Assembly (NCBI RefSeq): GCF_004010195.1
Contig: NC_057751.1
Coordinates: 17,063,901-17,127,900 of the forward strand
DNA: 64,000 nt
Direction: 5' to 3'
From: Chiloscyllium plagiosum
Taxonomy: Eukaryota
Below the pieces are notes generated by a model. The model made no database searches, was not told the origin of the DNA, and saw only the letters and a list, made by a program, of their open reading frames with translations. The position numbers and the translations under genes were made by a program. This document shows positions 11,741 through 25,200 of the stretch, in pieces. Position 1 is the stretch's first letter, and every line of letters starts with the position of its first letter.

Positions 11741-14700
11741 CTGCCAAACATAAGGGAGGCGGAGTCAGATTTCTGGGCATTTAAGCCAATTGCGCCAGTT
11801 TTCACAATGGAATCCCTCATCCTCAATGCCCCTCTCTAAAGACTTCACCCCAGAAGAAGTGCAAATTCCCTCTACTGACCGTACCGGACTCTCTCAACAT
11901 TTAAAAACACTTGAATTAGATCATCTACACAGCACGCTTTCTGCCAACTGACTTGGCACTCTGTTTTCTTTCATCACAAATGGGATGTGGGCATTGCTGG
12001 CTGGGCCAGTCTTTACTGCCCGTCCTCAAGTGTCCGGATGCCACAGTCGAGAGTCAGATGGCAGATTTCCTTCATCAAAGCTGCACCAAGTCCTACCAAT
12101 GAAGGGTGAGAGCAGGAGGTCAGAGGGATAGAGTTAGACACGGGCCAAAGAGATGATTATTGAGGCCTCGTGTACAGTGATCCACGACCTTTAATCCCAC
12201 TCCCCACTCCCCCGCCCCGGTCATCACGCTATTGCCACACGTGCCACTCCCCCCTTGCCAATAGCCCGCGGGAGTAGCTGTGTTGGCATTTCTGGAAGTA
12301 GAGGCGGGGGTGGTGAGATGGCAATGAGCGACCACGGTCAGGTTGCACAGTTCTGGTATGCAGTCATTTCTCCACATCTCAGTCCTACCCTGTCTCCTTA
12401 GACCGTGACCTCCCCACTAGTTCTGGACTCCCCCTCCTCAGTCATGGGGAATATCCCTTACCTGTGTAGCCCCTGATAGAAACCTATGAAACTCTATGAG
12501 ACTCTCCACTCTCTGCCAAACACAAGGGAGTCAGTCCCAGGAATCAGTTCTGGGAAAGCCTTCGCTGCCCTCCCTCCATCACCAGAACATCCTTCCTCAG
12601 ACAAGGAGACTCAAAACCGCGTACACACAGTACTCCAGGGCGTGGGCTCACCTTCCCCGTCCATCCCTGGTCCTGTCCTCCAATCCTCTCGCCACAGAGA
12701 GCCCAACATCTCATCGGCCTTCCTGCTGTTCCTGCAAGGCTGACTTTCAGCGACTGGGGTAGGAGGGGAACCCAGGTCTCGTTGCACCCTTTCCCCAATG
12801 GATCGCCGTCCGGATAATAAGCCGCCTTCCTGTTTCTGCTCCCAAAGTGGATAACCTGACATCGCTCCCCATGAAATTGCAACTGCCATGTATGTGCCCG
12901 TTCATCCAGAAAGTGGATAAAAACCATTCCTCATCGTCAAGAAGGGAACGCAGGAGTCTGGGTGCCATTTCGTGACTTACTCTTGGTTGCTGAGCAGCCA
13001 TCAAGGGGTCAGCTGATAAATCTTGCGCTAAGTATCATTCCCTTATCATCTAAATGGACAGGAAACAGCTCTCTGGTCAACTGAACAGTGTGCAGTCATC
13101 CGTGCACAGCAACCGAGAAGAGGAAGGCAGCTTTTTGAAAGTGTGCAGAGATTAAAAAGCTGATGTTCATCTCTCTGGAAAATGTCATTTCTCATGCGGA
13201 AACCTTTCCACATTTTGACACAGAGGCGCTACTGACAACCAGGGGCAACGGAAACCAGCAGCAATGCTTTCAGCCAGAGCTGGCACTGGGTGCAGTCAGT
13301 TCACTGCGGAGATTATGGATAGAAATGTCCTGGAGTTTGAGAGCTGAGGAAAACTGTCTCATATTTAACATTCCAGCTTAGTGCTAAAACTGGACCGAAT
13401 TCCAAGAGCAGGGTCCCAGGGCAAAAATCATTGTGAATATATGTATATATAGATGGATATGTCTTTTCAATTTATTCATGGAATGTCAGCATCACTGACT
13501 TTCCCAGGGGGCAGTCAGGAGGCGGACTCATAGTTGTGAGGCTGGATTCATACGTGTACCCAGACCGGGCAAGGATGGCAAATCCCAAAGGATACCATTT
13601 GGGCTTTTCCGACAGTCGATAACATGGCCAACAATTCCAGATTTTCCTTCAGTCAGAAGAACATACAATATAAAACAGTGGGTACAATTCTAGAGGGGGA
13701 GGCAGAGGGAGCTGGGGGTGTATGTGCCCCGGGATCACTGAAGGTGGCAGGAAAAGTGTAGAGGGCAGTGAATAGAGCAAACAGCGTCCTTAGCTTTATC
13801 AAGAGGGGCATAGAGTACAAGAGGTGAGTTGCCCTTGTACAAGACACTTGTTGGACCCCAGTACAGTGTGCAGTTGTGGGTGCCATGTTTTGGAAAGGTG
13901 TGACGAAAGAGGATTGCGCCCAGGGGGATAGCACCATGATGGGACGAATGGTCTCCTTCTGCGCTGGAACAATTCTCTGATTCTGTCCAATATTGGGAAC
14001 TGGTTCTGTCCACCCTTGTTGCTTTTTTGTTTTGCGTTCGTGAACTGGACCTTGTGATATGAGATTCTCTCTCTCTCTCTCTCTCTCTCTTTGTAGGAGA
14101 TGGTCACGGCCTGGCATTTGCGTGGCGCGAATGTTACTTGCCACTTGCCAGCCCAAGCCTGGATCTTGTCCAGATCTTGTCGCAGGTGAACACGGACTGC
14201 TGCAGTATCTGAGTCACAAACGGTGTTGAACATTGGTGCAATCATTGGCAAATATCTACTTTATGAGAGAGGGAAGGTCATTGGTGAAGCAAATGAAGAT
14301 GGTTGTGCCAAGGACACTACTCGGAGGAATTCCTGCAGTCATGTCCTGGAACTGAGATGGCTGACCTCCACCAACTACGACCATCTTCTTATGTGCCAAC
14401 TATGACTCCAACCAGCGGAGAGTTTGCCCCCTGATACCCATTGGCTCTAGTTTTGCCAGGGCTCCTTGATGCCACACTCAGTCAACTGTGGCCTTGATGT
14501 CAAAGGCTGTCACTCTCACCTCACCTCTGAAATTCAACTTTTACAATAGAGCAGATGGCAACGTGGGGACGCATCTTGGCAGGAAGAATAGAGGAGACGA
14601 ATATTAATTAAAAGGAGAAGGACGGCAGAAAGCTATGGCAGAGAGGGATTTGGGAATCCTCGGCTATGAATCACCACAAGCCAGCATCCAAGTTCAGCGG

Positions 14701-14766
14701 GGAATAGGAAAGGCCAATGGAACACTGTCCTTTATTTCAGAGGGAATAGAGTATCAAAAAGTGGGG

Positions 14767-15394
14767 ATTAGATTAGATTATTTACAGTGTGGAAACAGGC
14801 CCTTCGGCCCAACTTTTTAAGTCCACACCGACCCGCCGAAGCGCAACCCACCCAGACCCACTCCCCTACATTTACCCCTTCACCTAACACTACGGGCAAT
14901 TTAGCACGGCCAATCCACCCTAACCTGCACATCCCTGAGCACAATGGGTAATTTAGCACGGCCAATCCACCCTAACCTGCACATCCCTGAGCACTATGGG
15001 TAATTTAGCATGGCCAATCCACCCTAACCTGCACATCCTGAGCACTATGGATAATTTAGCATGGCCAATCCACCCTAACCTGCACATCCTGAGCATTATG
15101 GGTAATTTAGCAAGGCCAATCCACCCTAACCTGCACATCCCTGAGCATTATGGGTAAGTTAGCACGGCCAATCCATCCTAACCTGCACATCCCTGAGCAT
15201 TATGGGTAATTTAGCATGGCCAATCCACCCTAACCTGCACATCTTTGGACTGCGGGAGGAAACCGGAGGAAACCCACGCAGACATGGGGACAATGTGCAA
15301 ACTCCACACAGAGAGCCGCCTGAGGCGGGAACTGAACCCGGGTCTCTGGCTCCGTGAGGCAGCAGTGCTGACCACTGTGCCACCGTGCCGCCCA
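14767..15394 (-). mobile_element. HE1-like SINE with internal 52-bp tandem expansion (about 7 units)
   Basis: Reverse tRNA head ending near 15394, repeated units, (ttaga)n tail at 14767. Confidence 0.9.
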
Positions 15395-15624
15395 CAATGG
15401 ATGTTTTGCTAAAACTGTACAAGGCACTAGTCAGAGCGCAGCTGGAATATTGTGAATGGTTTTGGGTCCCCATATCTCGGGAGGGATAGGCGGGCATCAG
15501 AGGCAGTCGGTGGGTCGGTGTGGACATAAAAAGTTGGGCCGAAGGTTCACCCGGCTGATCCCACGGATGGACGGACTGTTTTAATGAACAGAGATTGAGT
15601 AGGTCAGGCCTGGACTTATTACAC

Positions 15625-16327
15625 TCATAGAGTCATAGAGGAGGACAGCACGGAAGCAGGTCCAACCCGTCCATGCCGACCCAGATATCCCAACCCAATC
15701 CAGTCCCACCTGCCAGTACCCAGCCCATATCCCTCCAAACCCTTCCTATTCATATACCCATCCAGATGCCTCTTAAATGTTGCAATTGTACCAGCCTCCA
15801 CCACTTCCTCTGGCAGCTCATTCCATACCCGTACCACCCTCTGCGTGAAAAAGTTGCCCCTTAGGTCTCTTTTATATCTTTCCCCTCTCACCCTAAACCT
15901 ATGCCCCTCTAGTTCTGGATTTCCCCACCCCAGAGAAAAGACTTTGCCTATTTACCCTTCCCATGCCCCCTCATGATTTTATAAACCTCTACAAGGTCAC
16001 CCCTCAGCCTCCGACGCTCCAGGGAAAACAGCCCCAGCCTGTTCAGCCTCTCCCTGTAGCTCAAACCCTCCAACCCTGGCAACATCCTTGTAAATCTTTT
16101 CTGAACCCTTTCAAATTTCACAACATCTTTCTGATAGGAAGGAGACCAGAATTGCACGCAATATTCCAACAGTGGCCTAACCAATGTCCTGTACAGCTAC
16201 AACATGACCTCCCAACTCCTGTACTCAATACTCTGACCAATAAAGGAAAGCATACCAAACGCCTTCTTCACTATCCTATCTACCTGCGACTCCACTTTCA
16301 AGGAGCTATGAACCTGCACTCCAAGGT
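15625..16327 (-). mobile_element. Young CR1/HER1-like LINE 3' fragment
   Basis: VRPLLEYCVQFWSPSY...ERRRLRGDLVEVYKIMRG; ctatgactctatga tail. Confidence 0.9.
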
Positions 16328-16407
16328 CTACTATTTGGAAAAATGAGAGGCAATCTTAATGAAACAGATGAATCCTTCAAGGAATTGACAGGGGGAGATG
16401 TGGAGAG

Positions 16408-16616
16408 TCGAGTGTGGGGCGCTGGAAAAGCACAGCAGGTCAGGCAGCATCCGGGGAGCAGAAGAATCAGCGTTTCAGGCGTAAGCCCTTCATCAGGATG
16501 AAGGGCTTACACCCAAAATGTCGACTCTCCTGCTCCTCAGATGCTGCCTGCCCTGCTGTGCTTTTCCAGCGCCAAACTCTCGACTCTCCAGCATCTGCAG
16601 TCCTCACTTTCTCCTA
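16408..16616. mobile_element. Palindromic Penelope-derived short element with hammerhead core, TSD-flanked
   Basis: Inverted arms; minus-strand CTGATGA-a-gggc-ttac-gcct-GAAAC; 14-bp TSD ggagatgtggagag (16394-16407 and 16617-16630). Confidence 0.8.
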
Positions 16617-17484
16617 GGAGATGTGGAGAGGCTGTTTCCCCTTGTGAGAGAGTCTAGGACCAGAGGGTGTACTCTCAAAGTAAGGGGTTACCCACTGAAG
16701 ACAGACATGAGGAGGAATTTCGTCTCTCCACGTGAACTGAATTGGTGGAATTCTTTATCGCTGAGGGTGGGTCATCAAGGCTGAGATAGATTTCTTTAGA
16801 AACAGGAAAGGCGGTGTATGAACAGAGGCTGCTTTCAGCTCAGTAGCTGAGTGGTCCTGGCAGAACACAAGTTGAGGGTCAGTGAGGAGCTTATCGCTCT
16901 GACACTCACCCCCTGCTTGCCGATCGCTGACAATTGAGGGGGGAGATTCACCCCGAGTCTCCTTCAAATTGACAAAGCAAGGAAAAGCCCAGAATGGGAG
17001 TTCAAAATCTCTCTCTTTTTCCAGAATGGTTAGAGAAAAAATAAACAGGCTCCCCGTTGTGTGGTCCCAAGTTCTGATAGCAGCCAGAGACGAAACAATT
17101 AACCCGGGAGGCGCCGTGTGAATTCAGAGAGTCTCCACACGATGCCAACAGCCTTGCAGATGTTGTGTCTCATCTGAGGCTTGAACAGAAATATTTTGCT
17201 TGGGATCACAATGTCCAAGGTTGTCGGTATCCAATCCCCCCACTGCCATCTCTCTCCCCCTGCTGGAGAATGAGGGACCCTTAAAGGCAGTGAGTTCCAC
17301 AGTCTGGGTGGAAACACTTTTTCCCACGCCCCCCTGCCCTTAAAGCTATGCTCCCTCTCTCCCCCAACTCCTCCAGGTCATTCACCCCTCCACCAAGGGG
17401 AAAAAGGTGCTTCCTGTCTACCTTATCGATACCCCTCATCCATCTCAATCGCCTCCCTTCTCTCAATCTCCTCTGCTCTCAGGA

Positions 17485-17527
<43 letters not shown>

Positions 17528-17558
17528 TGCGGCCATGTTTAAAAGTCTCCTATCAAGT

Positions 17559-18308
17559 GGAGAAAGTGAGGACTGCCGATGCTGGAGATCAGAGCAGAAA
17601 ATATGTTGCTGGAAAAGCGCAGCAGGTCAGGCAGCATCCAAAGNNNNNNNNNNNNNNNNNNNNNNNNNNNNNNNNNNNNNNNNNNNNNNNNNNNNNNNNN
17701 NNNNNNNNNNNNNNNNNNNNNNNNNNNNNNNNNNNNNNNNNNNNNNNNNNNNNNNNNNNNNNNNNNNNNNNNNNNNNNNNNNNNNNNNNNNNNNNNNNNN
17801 NNNNNNNNNNNNNNNNNNNNNNNNNNNNNNNNNNNNNNNNNNNNNNNNNNNNNNNNNNNNNNNNNNNNNNNNNNNNNNNNNNNNNNNNNNNNNNNNNNNN
17901 NNNNNNNNNNNNNNNNNNNNNNNNNNNNNNNNNNNNNNNNNNNNNNNNNNNNNNNNNNNNNNNNNNNNNNNNNNNNNNNNNNNGACAAGCAACATGAATT
18001 CGACTGGGACAACACTACTATTATAGGACAAGCCAAACAGAGAACAGCCAGGGAATTCCTAGAGGCATGGCACTCATCCACAAACTCCATCAACAAACAC
18101 ATCGACCTGGACCCAATATACCGGCCACTGCAGCAGACAGCTGGAACCAACAACCGGAAGGGGCAGATTCAAACCACTATAAATGCCGGAGGAAACGTCA
18201 CAGAAGCGGTTCACAGGAGGCTCCCAACCCCTGAGGATGTCACCTCGACAGGGGACGAAACATCTGCAACACACATTCCCAGCTCGGCGAGCAGAACCAC
18301 AACATCCC
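17559..18308 (+). mobile_element. Penelope-like fragment (GIY-YIG C-terminus plus hammerhead-bearing terminal repeat), gapped
   Basis: HEFDWDNTTIIGQAKQRTAREFLEAWHS...SIN; CTGAGGA-t-gtcacct-cgac-aggggac-GAAAC at 18231-18261; a hairpin-family arm lies left of the gap. Confidence 0.75.
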
Positions 18309-18379
18309 ATAATCCTGCTGCAGGTATTATCAGGGGAAGGTCGAACCGGGAACGGAATTCCTTTCCCTCTGCTCCTCAC

Positions 18380-18542
18380 CTGTCCCGTCCGGAGTGGACC
18401 TGACAAACGTCGGCAGCATTTTCACAGAGGACGTGGGGTTGGTGTCCTTCCTCAGTCCTTTCTTCATCCCGACCAGGAAGCGGTCCGAGATGTCGCGCAG
18501 GACGTCATCCGAGAGTCTCAAGTGGTACAGGTACCTGTCCAC
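18380..18542 (-). CDS. HK2: Hexokinase 2 exon 2 (VDRYLYHLRLSDD...VKMLPTFVRSTPDGT)
   Basis: Translation matches the HK2 N-half; ctgcag| acceptor and |gtgagg donor; 163 bp, the size of vertebrate HK exon 2. Confidence 0.96.
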
Positions 18543-18859
18543 CTGCAGAGAACGGAGAGAGTCGCGAGTCGGCACTGGAAGCAGAAAGGGAGCAGTCCCC
18601 ACCGGAAACAAAAGTTGGCAGCCGGAATTTATAAACTGTGTCGCCTCATTCTACACGTCCCCCCACAAGGGGGTAGATCATCCTCCTCCTAGCATTCACT
18701 CGGCCAGAGGCCGTCAGCATCTTATATATTTCCATAAAATCTCTACTCACTCTCCGCAATTTCAAAGGACACATAACCTTTCCCATTCCCCTGCCCATGA
18801 TAACGCCTAGAGGCAACAGAGTGAACTCACTTCTAATGCAACAATGTCCTTTACTGAAA

Positions 18860-19285
18860 TAGACAGAGAGAGAGAGAAATAGAACTGGAGAGAAAGAGAG
18901 AGAGAGAGAAACAGAAATAGAATGAAGTGAAAGAGAGAAAAGGAGAGTGAGTGAGAGACAAAGAGAGTGTGACAGAGTGACAGTGCGAGAGAGAATGTGA
19001 GACAGAGAATGAGACAGTGAGGGTGAGAGTGAAAGAGAGAGAGGCTGAGAGAGAGGGNNNNNGACAGAATCAGCAAGTGAGAGAGTAAGAGAGAGAGAGT
19101 GAGAGGGACAGTATGAGAGAGAGAGAGAAAGAGGCAGAGTGAGAGGTACAGGGAGAGAAACAAAGAGGAAGAGAGAGTGAGAGAGACAGTGTGAGAGAGA
19201 GAGCGAGAGAGATTGAGAGAGAAAGAGTGTGAGAGCGCGTGAGAAAGTGAGAGAGAGCATGAGAAAGAATGAAAGCGAGAGAGAC
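18860..19285. repeat. GA-rich low-complexity tract
   Basis: Degenerate (GA)n; similar tracts at 1-130 and 3017-3095. Confidence 0.9.
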
Positions 19286-20094
19286 ATAACACAGCATTTA
19301 TGTGGCACAAATATTACTTGCCACTTATCAGCCAATGTCTGGGCATTGTCCAGATCTCGTTGCAGTTGAACATGTACTGCTTCAGTATCTGAGGAGTCGC
19401 GAATGGTGCTGAACTTTGTGCGTTCACTGGCGCACATCCCCACTTCTGATCTTATGATGGAGGGCAGGTCTTTGATGAAGCAGCTGAAGGTGGTTGGGCC
19501 TTGGAAACTACCCTGAGGGACTCCTGCAGAGCTATAGTTTCCTTACTTAAAAACATACTTATCCCTGGAGGAACAACTGCAAAATATTCTACATTGACAT
19601 CTCATTGTTCGATGAGATCGTTTATATCATCTCGAGGAAGAGATGCAATGTCAAATGACCTTCCCCTGATGTCAGACCCACATTTCAAACCCCTTTTGTT
19701 CGGTATCAGTCTGCTAATTTTCTTGCAGGCTTTGCACACCTTTTGTGCGTATATTCACAACTGTAAGCAGTTCTAAACACGCAGTAACTCCCCTCCTGAC
19801 TCCCCCCCCAAAGCCTGTCCCCACTATCGACAAGGCCCAAGTCAGGAGGGTGTGAGGGAATACTCCACCCTTGCCCAGGATTGGGGGGGGGGCGGGGGGG
19901 CAGCCCCAACAACACTCGAAAAGCTTGACACCATCCAGAGACAAAGCAGCCTGTTGCTTGATCCACTCCCTCCACCCCTGACCCCATCAGTCGCAATGAT
20001 GTGCACCACCTACAAGACGCACTGCAGAGACCCACCAAGGCACCTTCCCAAATTCACGACCACTTCCATCTGGAAGGTCAACGGCAGCAGATAC

Positions 20095-20407
20095 GGGCGG
20101 CACAGTGGCTCAGTGGTTAGCACTGCTGCCTCACAGCACCAAGGTCCCAGGTTCGATTCCGCCTCAGGTGACTGACTGTGTGGAGTTTGCACGTTCTCCC
20201 CGTGTCTGCGTGGGTTTCCTCCAGGTGCTCCGGTTTCCTCCCACAGTCCAAAGATGTGCAGTTCAGGTGAATTGGCCATGATAAATTGCCCGTAGTGTGA
20301 GGTGCATTAGTCAGAGGGAAAAGGGTCTGGGTGGGTTACTCTTCAGAGGATCGGTGTAGACTTGTTGGGCCGAAGGGCCTATTTCCACATTGTAGGGAAT
20401 CTAATCA
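20095..20407 (+). mobile_element. HE1-like SINE nested in an older LINE-derived repeat
   Basis: Full tRNA head (gggcggcacagtggctcagtggttagc...gttcgattcc) through the aatctaatc tail. Confidence 0.88.
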
Positions 20408-21489
20408 TACAAGGGAACACCACCCCCGGCAAGTTCCCCTCCGAGCCCCTCACCGTCCCTGACTTGGAAATATATTGGCTGTTCCTTCAGTGTCGCTGGG
20501 TCAAAACCTTGGAACTCCTTCCCTGAAGGCACACTGTGTTGGGGTGGGGAGTGGGTCCCTACACCACAATGACTGCAGCAACATCCCCCCCAACCTTCTC
20601 AAGGGAATGATTGGGGGAGGTAGGGCAATGAATGCTGGGCCCAGCCAGTGACACTCACTAGCCATTAACGCACTCGAATCAAATCCCAGTGCAAGAGATG
20701 GTGAAGGTGACGGCTGACGTCGGGAATCAAGTGTTCCAAAAAAGAGCCCTTTGTTCTACCTGACAAGCCAAGCATTGAGGCAACCTACCAAAGGATCAGG
20801 AAACAGAGTGCAAACGTCATGGAGACTGGACCCGGTTCTCCCGAAAGACAGAGAGGCAAGATCGACTCTCTCCCCCAAGGGACAAATCCTGCCCCAAATG
20901 CCAACCTTCTTCCACGACGAGCGACGCTCAACGTACAGGGCTGCTCTGAGCCCATTGCGGCCAACACCACCATCCCACCCCGGCGCCCAAGTGAAACCCC
21001 AAAATGCAACGCTCGATCCTGACCCTCTCTCCGGAAAAATCCTTTCCCAGTGTGGCGGAGGGTGGGGAGAGTGAGTCTCAGCAAGCCGGTCTCAAAGAAA
21101 ATCCGGCCTGCGTTCTCCGGGAAAAGCGGGCAGTGCAGTCAGCCGCAGGAAGCCACCTTCCGACTCAAATTCCTCGGACACCTTCATCCTGGTGAAAGGA
21201 CAGCAGATCCGTTCCCCACACCAAGGGGGGGCCCCCCGCCCCATCCCACCCACACACGGCCATTCGGCCCAACAGGTCCATGCCCAACCCTTCATTACTA
21301 AGCCATTCTCACAGCTAGCACACCTAATCTCCACCACCCATGGGTGCTCTGCAGGGGAGCAGAGGGGGGCAACTTATCGCAGCCACCCTAGCCTGCACAT
21401 GTTTTTTCCATCACCCATAGGTGCTGGCCAATGCCCTCAATCCCTGGGCGCCATGTTTTCCAGAACCATCTCTCCCCTCAACACCCTCT

Positions 21490-22200
21490 CCCTCTGACGT
21501 CATCCGCCAGGACAATGGCGTGACGTCACAGCGGTGCCCCAAACCCGCCGCCCAGCCAACGGTGTGACGTAACACGGGACCACAAACTCCGCCCCTCGCT
21601 CTGGAATACGCCCGCCCAGGCGATGGTGTGACGCCACGCGCGGACCTCAATAACCCCGCCCCCTCGCTCAGGCGCCACCCGCCCAGACAAGGGTGTGACG
21701 CCACGCGCAGACACCCCCCCCCCCAATAAAAGTGCCCCCTCGCACAGGCGCCACCCGCTCAGACAATGGTGTGACATCACGCGCTTACCACCCAATAACC
21801 CCGCCCCCTCGCACAGGCGCCACCCGCTCAGACAATGGTGTGACATCACGCGTTTAACCCCACCCCTCCCTCTGGCGTCACCCGCCCAGAGAATGGTGTG
21901 ACGCCACGCGCAGATGTCCCCCACCCAAACACAGTCCCGCCCACTCGCACCGCCCTCCCGGACAATGGGGTTCCACCAAGCCTGGACCCAGACCACGCCC
22001 CCTCCGCTGTGGCACTGCCCACACAGAAAATTGTGTGACATCAAGCCGTTAGCTCCCACTCTGAGGTCACCCACTTGCCAAAAGCGTGACGTCACGCCGC
22101 CCCCGCTCTGCTAGCGGCATGACGTCAGAGCCCCGCCCCCTTGCCCGGACCCCGCCTCCTCTCGGAAACAGGAAAGTTGATTTCACTTCGGTCTGGGGGA
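21490..22200. promoter_or_regulatory. CpG-rich promoter/enhancer-like array of CRE and GC-box motifs
   Basis: Perfect TGACGTCA at 21495, 21521, 22087 and 22120; TGACGCCA/TGACATCA/TGACGTAA variants; many CCCGCCC boxes; degenerate ~69-bp tandem units. Confidence 0.55.
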
Positions 22201-22254
22201 GAGGCGGCACTGGGAGGTTGGCAGTGTGGTAGATGGGGGATGTCACAGGGGAGG

Positions 22255-25200
22255 GACCCTCACACACACCCTCACACATACCCTCATACACACACACACA
22301 CACCCTCACAGACCCCCTCACATACACACCCTCACAGACCCCCTCACACACACCCTCACAGACCCCCTCACACACACACCCTCACAGACCCCCTCACACA
22401 CACCCTCACAGACCCCCTCACACACACACCCTCACAGACCCCCTCACACACACCCTCACAGACCCCCTCACACACACACCCTCACAGACCCCCTCACACA
22501 CACCCTCACAGACCCCCTCACACACACACCCTCACAGACCCCCTCACACACACCCTCACAGACCCCCTCACACACACACCCTCACAGACCCCCTCACACA
22601 CACCCTCACAGACCCCCTCACACACACACCCTCACAGACCCCCTCACACACACCCTCACAGACCCCCTCACACACACACCCTCACAGACCCCCTCACACA
22701 CACCCTCACAGACCCCCTCACACACACACCCTCACAGACCCCCTCACACACACCCTCACAGACCCCCTCACACACACACCCTCACAGACCCCCTCACACA
22801 CACCCTCACAGACCCCCTCACACACACACCCTCACAGACCCCCTCACACACACCCTCACAGACCCCCTCACACACACACCCTCACAGACCCCCTCACACA
22901 CACCCTCACAGACCCCCTCACACACACACCCTCACAGACCCCCTCACACACACCCTCACAGACCCCCTCACACACACACCCTCACAGACCCCCTCACACA
23001 CACCCTCACAGACCCCCTCACACACACACCCTCACAGACCCCCTCACACACACCCTCACAGACCCCCTCACACACACACCCTCACAGACCCCCTCACACA
23101 CACCCTCACAGACCCCCTCACACACACACCCTCACAGACCCCCTCACACACACCCTCACAGACCCCCTCACACACACACCCTCACAGACCCCCTCACACA
23201 CACCCTCACAGACCCCCTCACACACACACCCTCACAGACCCCCTCACACACACCCTCACAGACCCCCTCACACACACACCCTCACAGACCCCCTCACACA
23301 CACCCTCACAGACCCCCTCACACACACACCCTCACAGACCCCCTCACACACACCCTCACAGACCCCCTCACACACACACCCTCACAGACCCCCTCACACA
23401 CACCCTCACAGACCCCCTCACACACACACCCTCACAGACCCCCTCACACACACCCTCACAGACCCCCTCACACACACACCCTCACAGACCCCCTCACACA
23501 CACCCTCACAGACCCCCTCACACACACACCCTCACAGACCCCCTCACACACACCCTCACAGACCCCCTCACACACACACCCTCACAGACCCCCTCACACA
23601 CACCCTCACAGACCCCCTCACACACACACCCTCACAGACCCCCTCACACACACCCTCACAGACCCCCTCACACACACACCCTCACAGACCCCCTCACACA
23701 CACCCTCACAGACCCCCTCACACACACACCCTCACAGACCCCCTCACACACACCCTCACAGACCCCCTCACACACACACCCTCACAGACCCCCTCACACA
23801 CACCCTCACAGACCCCCTCACACACACACCCTCACAGACCCCCTCACACACACCCTCACAGACCCCCTCACACACACACCCTCACAGACCCCCTCACACA
23901 CACCCTCACAGACCCCCTCACACACACACCCTCACAGACCCCCTCACACACACCCTCACAGACCCCCTCACACACACACCCTCACAGACCCCCTCACACA
24001 CACCCTCACAGACCCCCTCACACACACACCCTCACAGACCCCCTCACACACACCCTCACAGACCCCCTCACACACACACCCTCACAGACCCCCTCACACA
24101 CACCCTCACAGACCCCCTCACACACACACCCTCACAGACCCCCTCACACACACCCTCACAGACCCCCTCACACACACACCCTCACAGACCCCCTCACACA
24201 CACCCTCACAGACCCCCTCACACACACACCCTCACAGACCCCCTCACACACACCCTCACAGACCCCCTCACACACACACCCTCACAGACCCCCTCACACA
24301 CACCCTCACAGACCCCCTCACACACACACCCTCACAGACCCCCTCACACACACCCTCACAGACCCCCTCACACACACACCCTCACAGACCCCCTCACACA
24401 CACCCTCACAGACCCCCTCACACACACACCCTCACAGACCCCCTCACACACACCCTCACAGACCCCCTCACACACACACCCTCACAGACCCCCTCACACA
24501 CACCCTCACAGACCCCCTCACACACACACCCTCACAGACCCCCTCACACACACCCTCACAGACCCCCTCACACACACACCCTCACAGACCCCCTCACACA
24601 CACCCTCACAGACCCCCTCACACACACACCCTCACAGACCCCCTCACACACACCCTCACAGACCCCCTCACACACACACCCTCACAGACCCCCTCACACA
24701 CACCCTCACAGACCCCCTCACACACACACCCTCACAGACCCCCTCACACACACCCTCACAGACCCCCTCACACACACACCCTCACAGACCCCCTCACACA
24801 CACCCTCACAGACCCCCTCACACACACACCCTCACAGACCCCCTCACACACACCCTCACAGACCCCCTCACACACACACCCTCACAGACCCCCTCACACA
24901 CACCCTCACAGACCCCCTCACACACACACCCTCACAGACCCCCTCACACACACCCTCACAGACCCCCTCACACACACACCCTCACAGACCCCCTCACACA
25001 CACCCTCACAGACCCCCTCACACACACACCCTCACAGACCCCCTCACACACACCCTCACAGACCCCCTCACACACACACCCTCACAGACCCCCTCACACA
25101 CACCCTCACAGACCCCCTCACACACACACCCTCACAGACCCCCTCACACACACCCTCACAGACCCCCTCACACACACACCCTCACAGACCCCCTCACACA

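Noticed and set aside
17487..17527. 41-bp poly-C run / polyproline ORF
   Set aside because: Homopolymer near a gap; likely a sequencing artefact or simple repeat
20095..20170. tRNA gene
   Set aside because: The A/B boxes are the head of a tRNA-derived SINE and run on into the SINE body; the same applies to the other copies
20700..21300. Candidate HK2 exon 1
   Set aside because: The ATG and donor combinations checked (donors near 20759, 20905 and 21156) have the wrong phase for exon 2 and no similarity to the HK N-terminal helix
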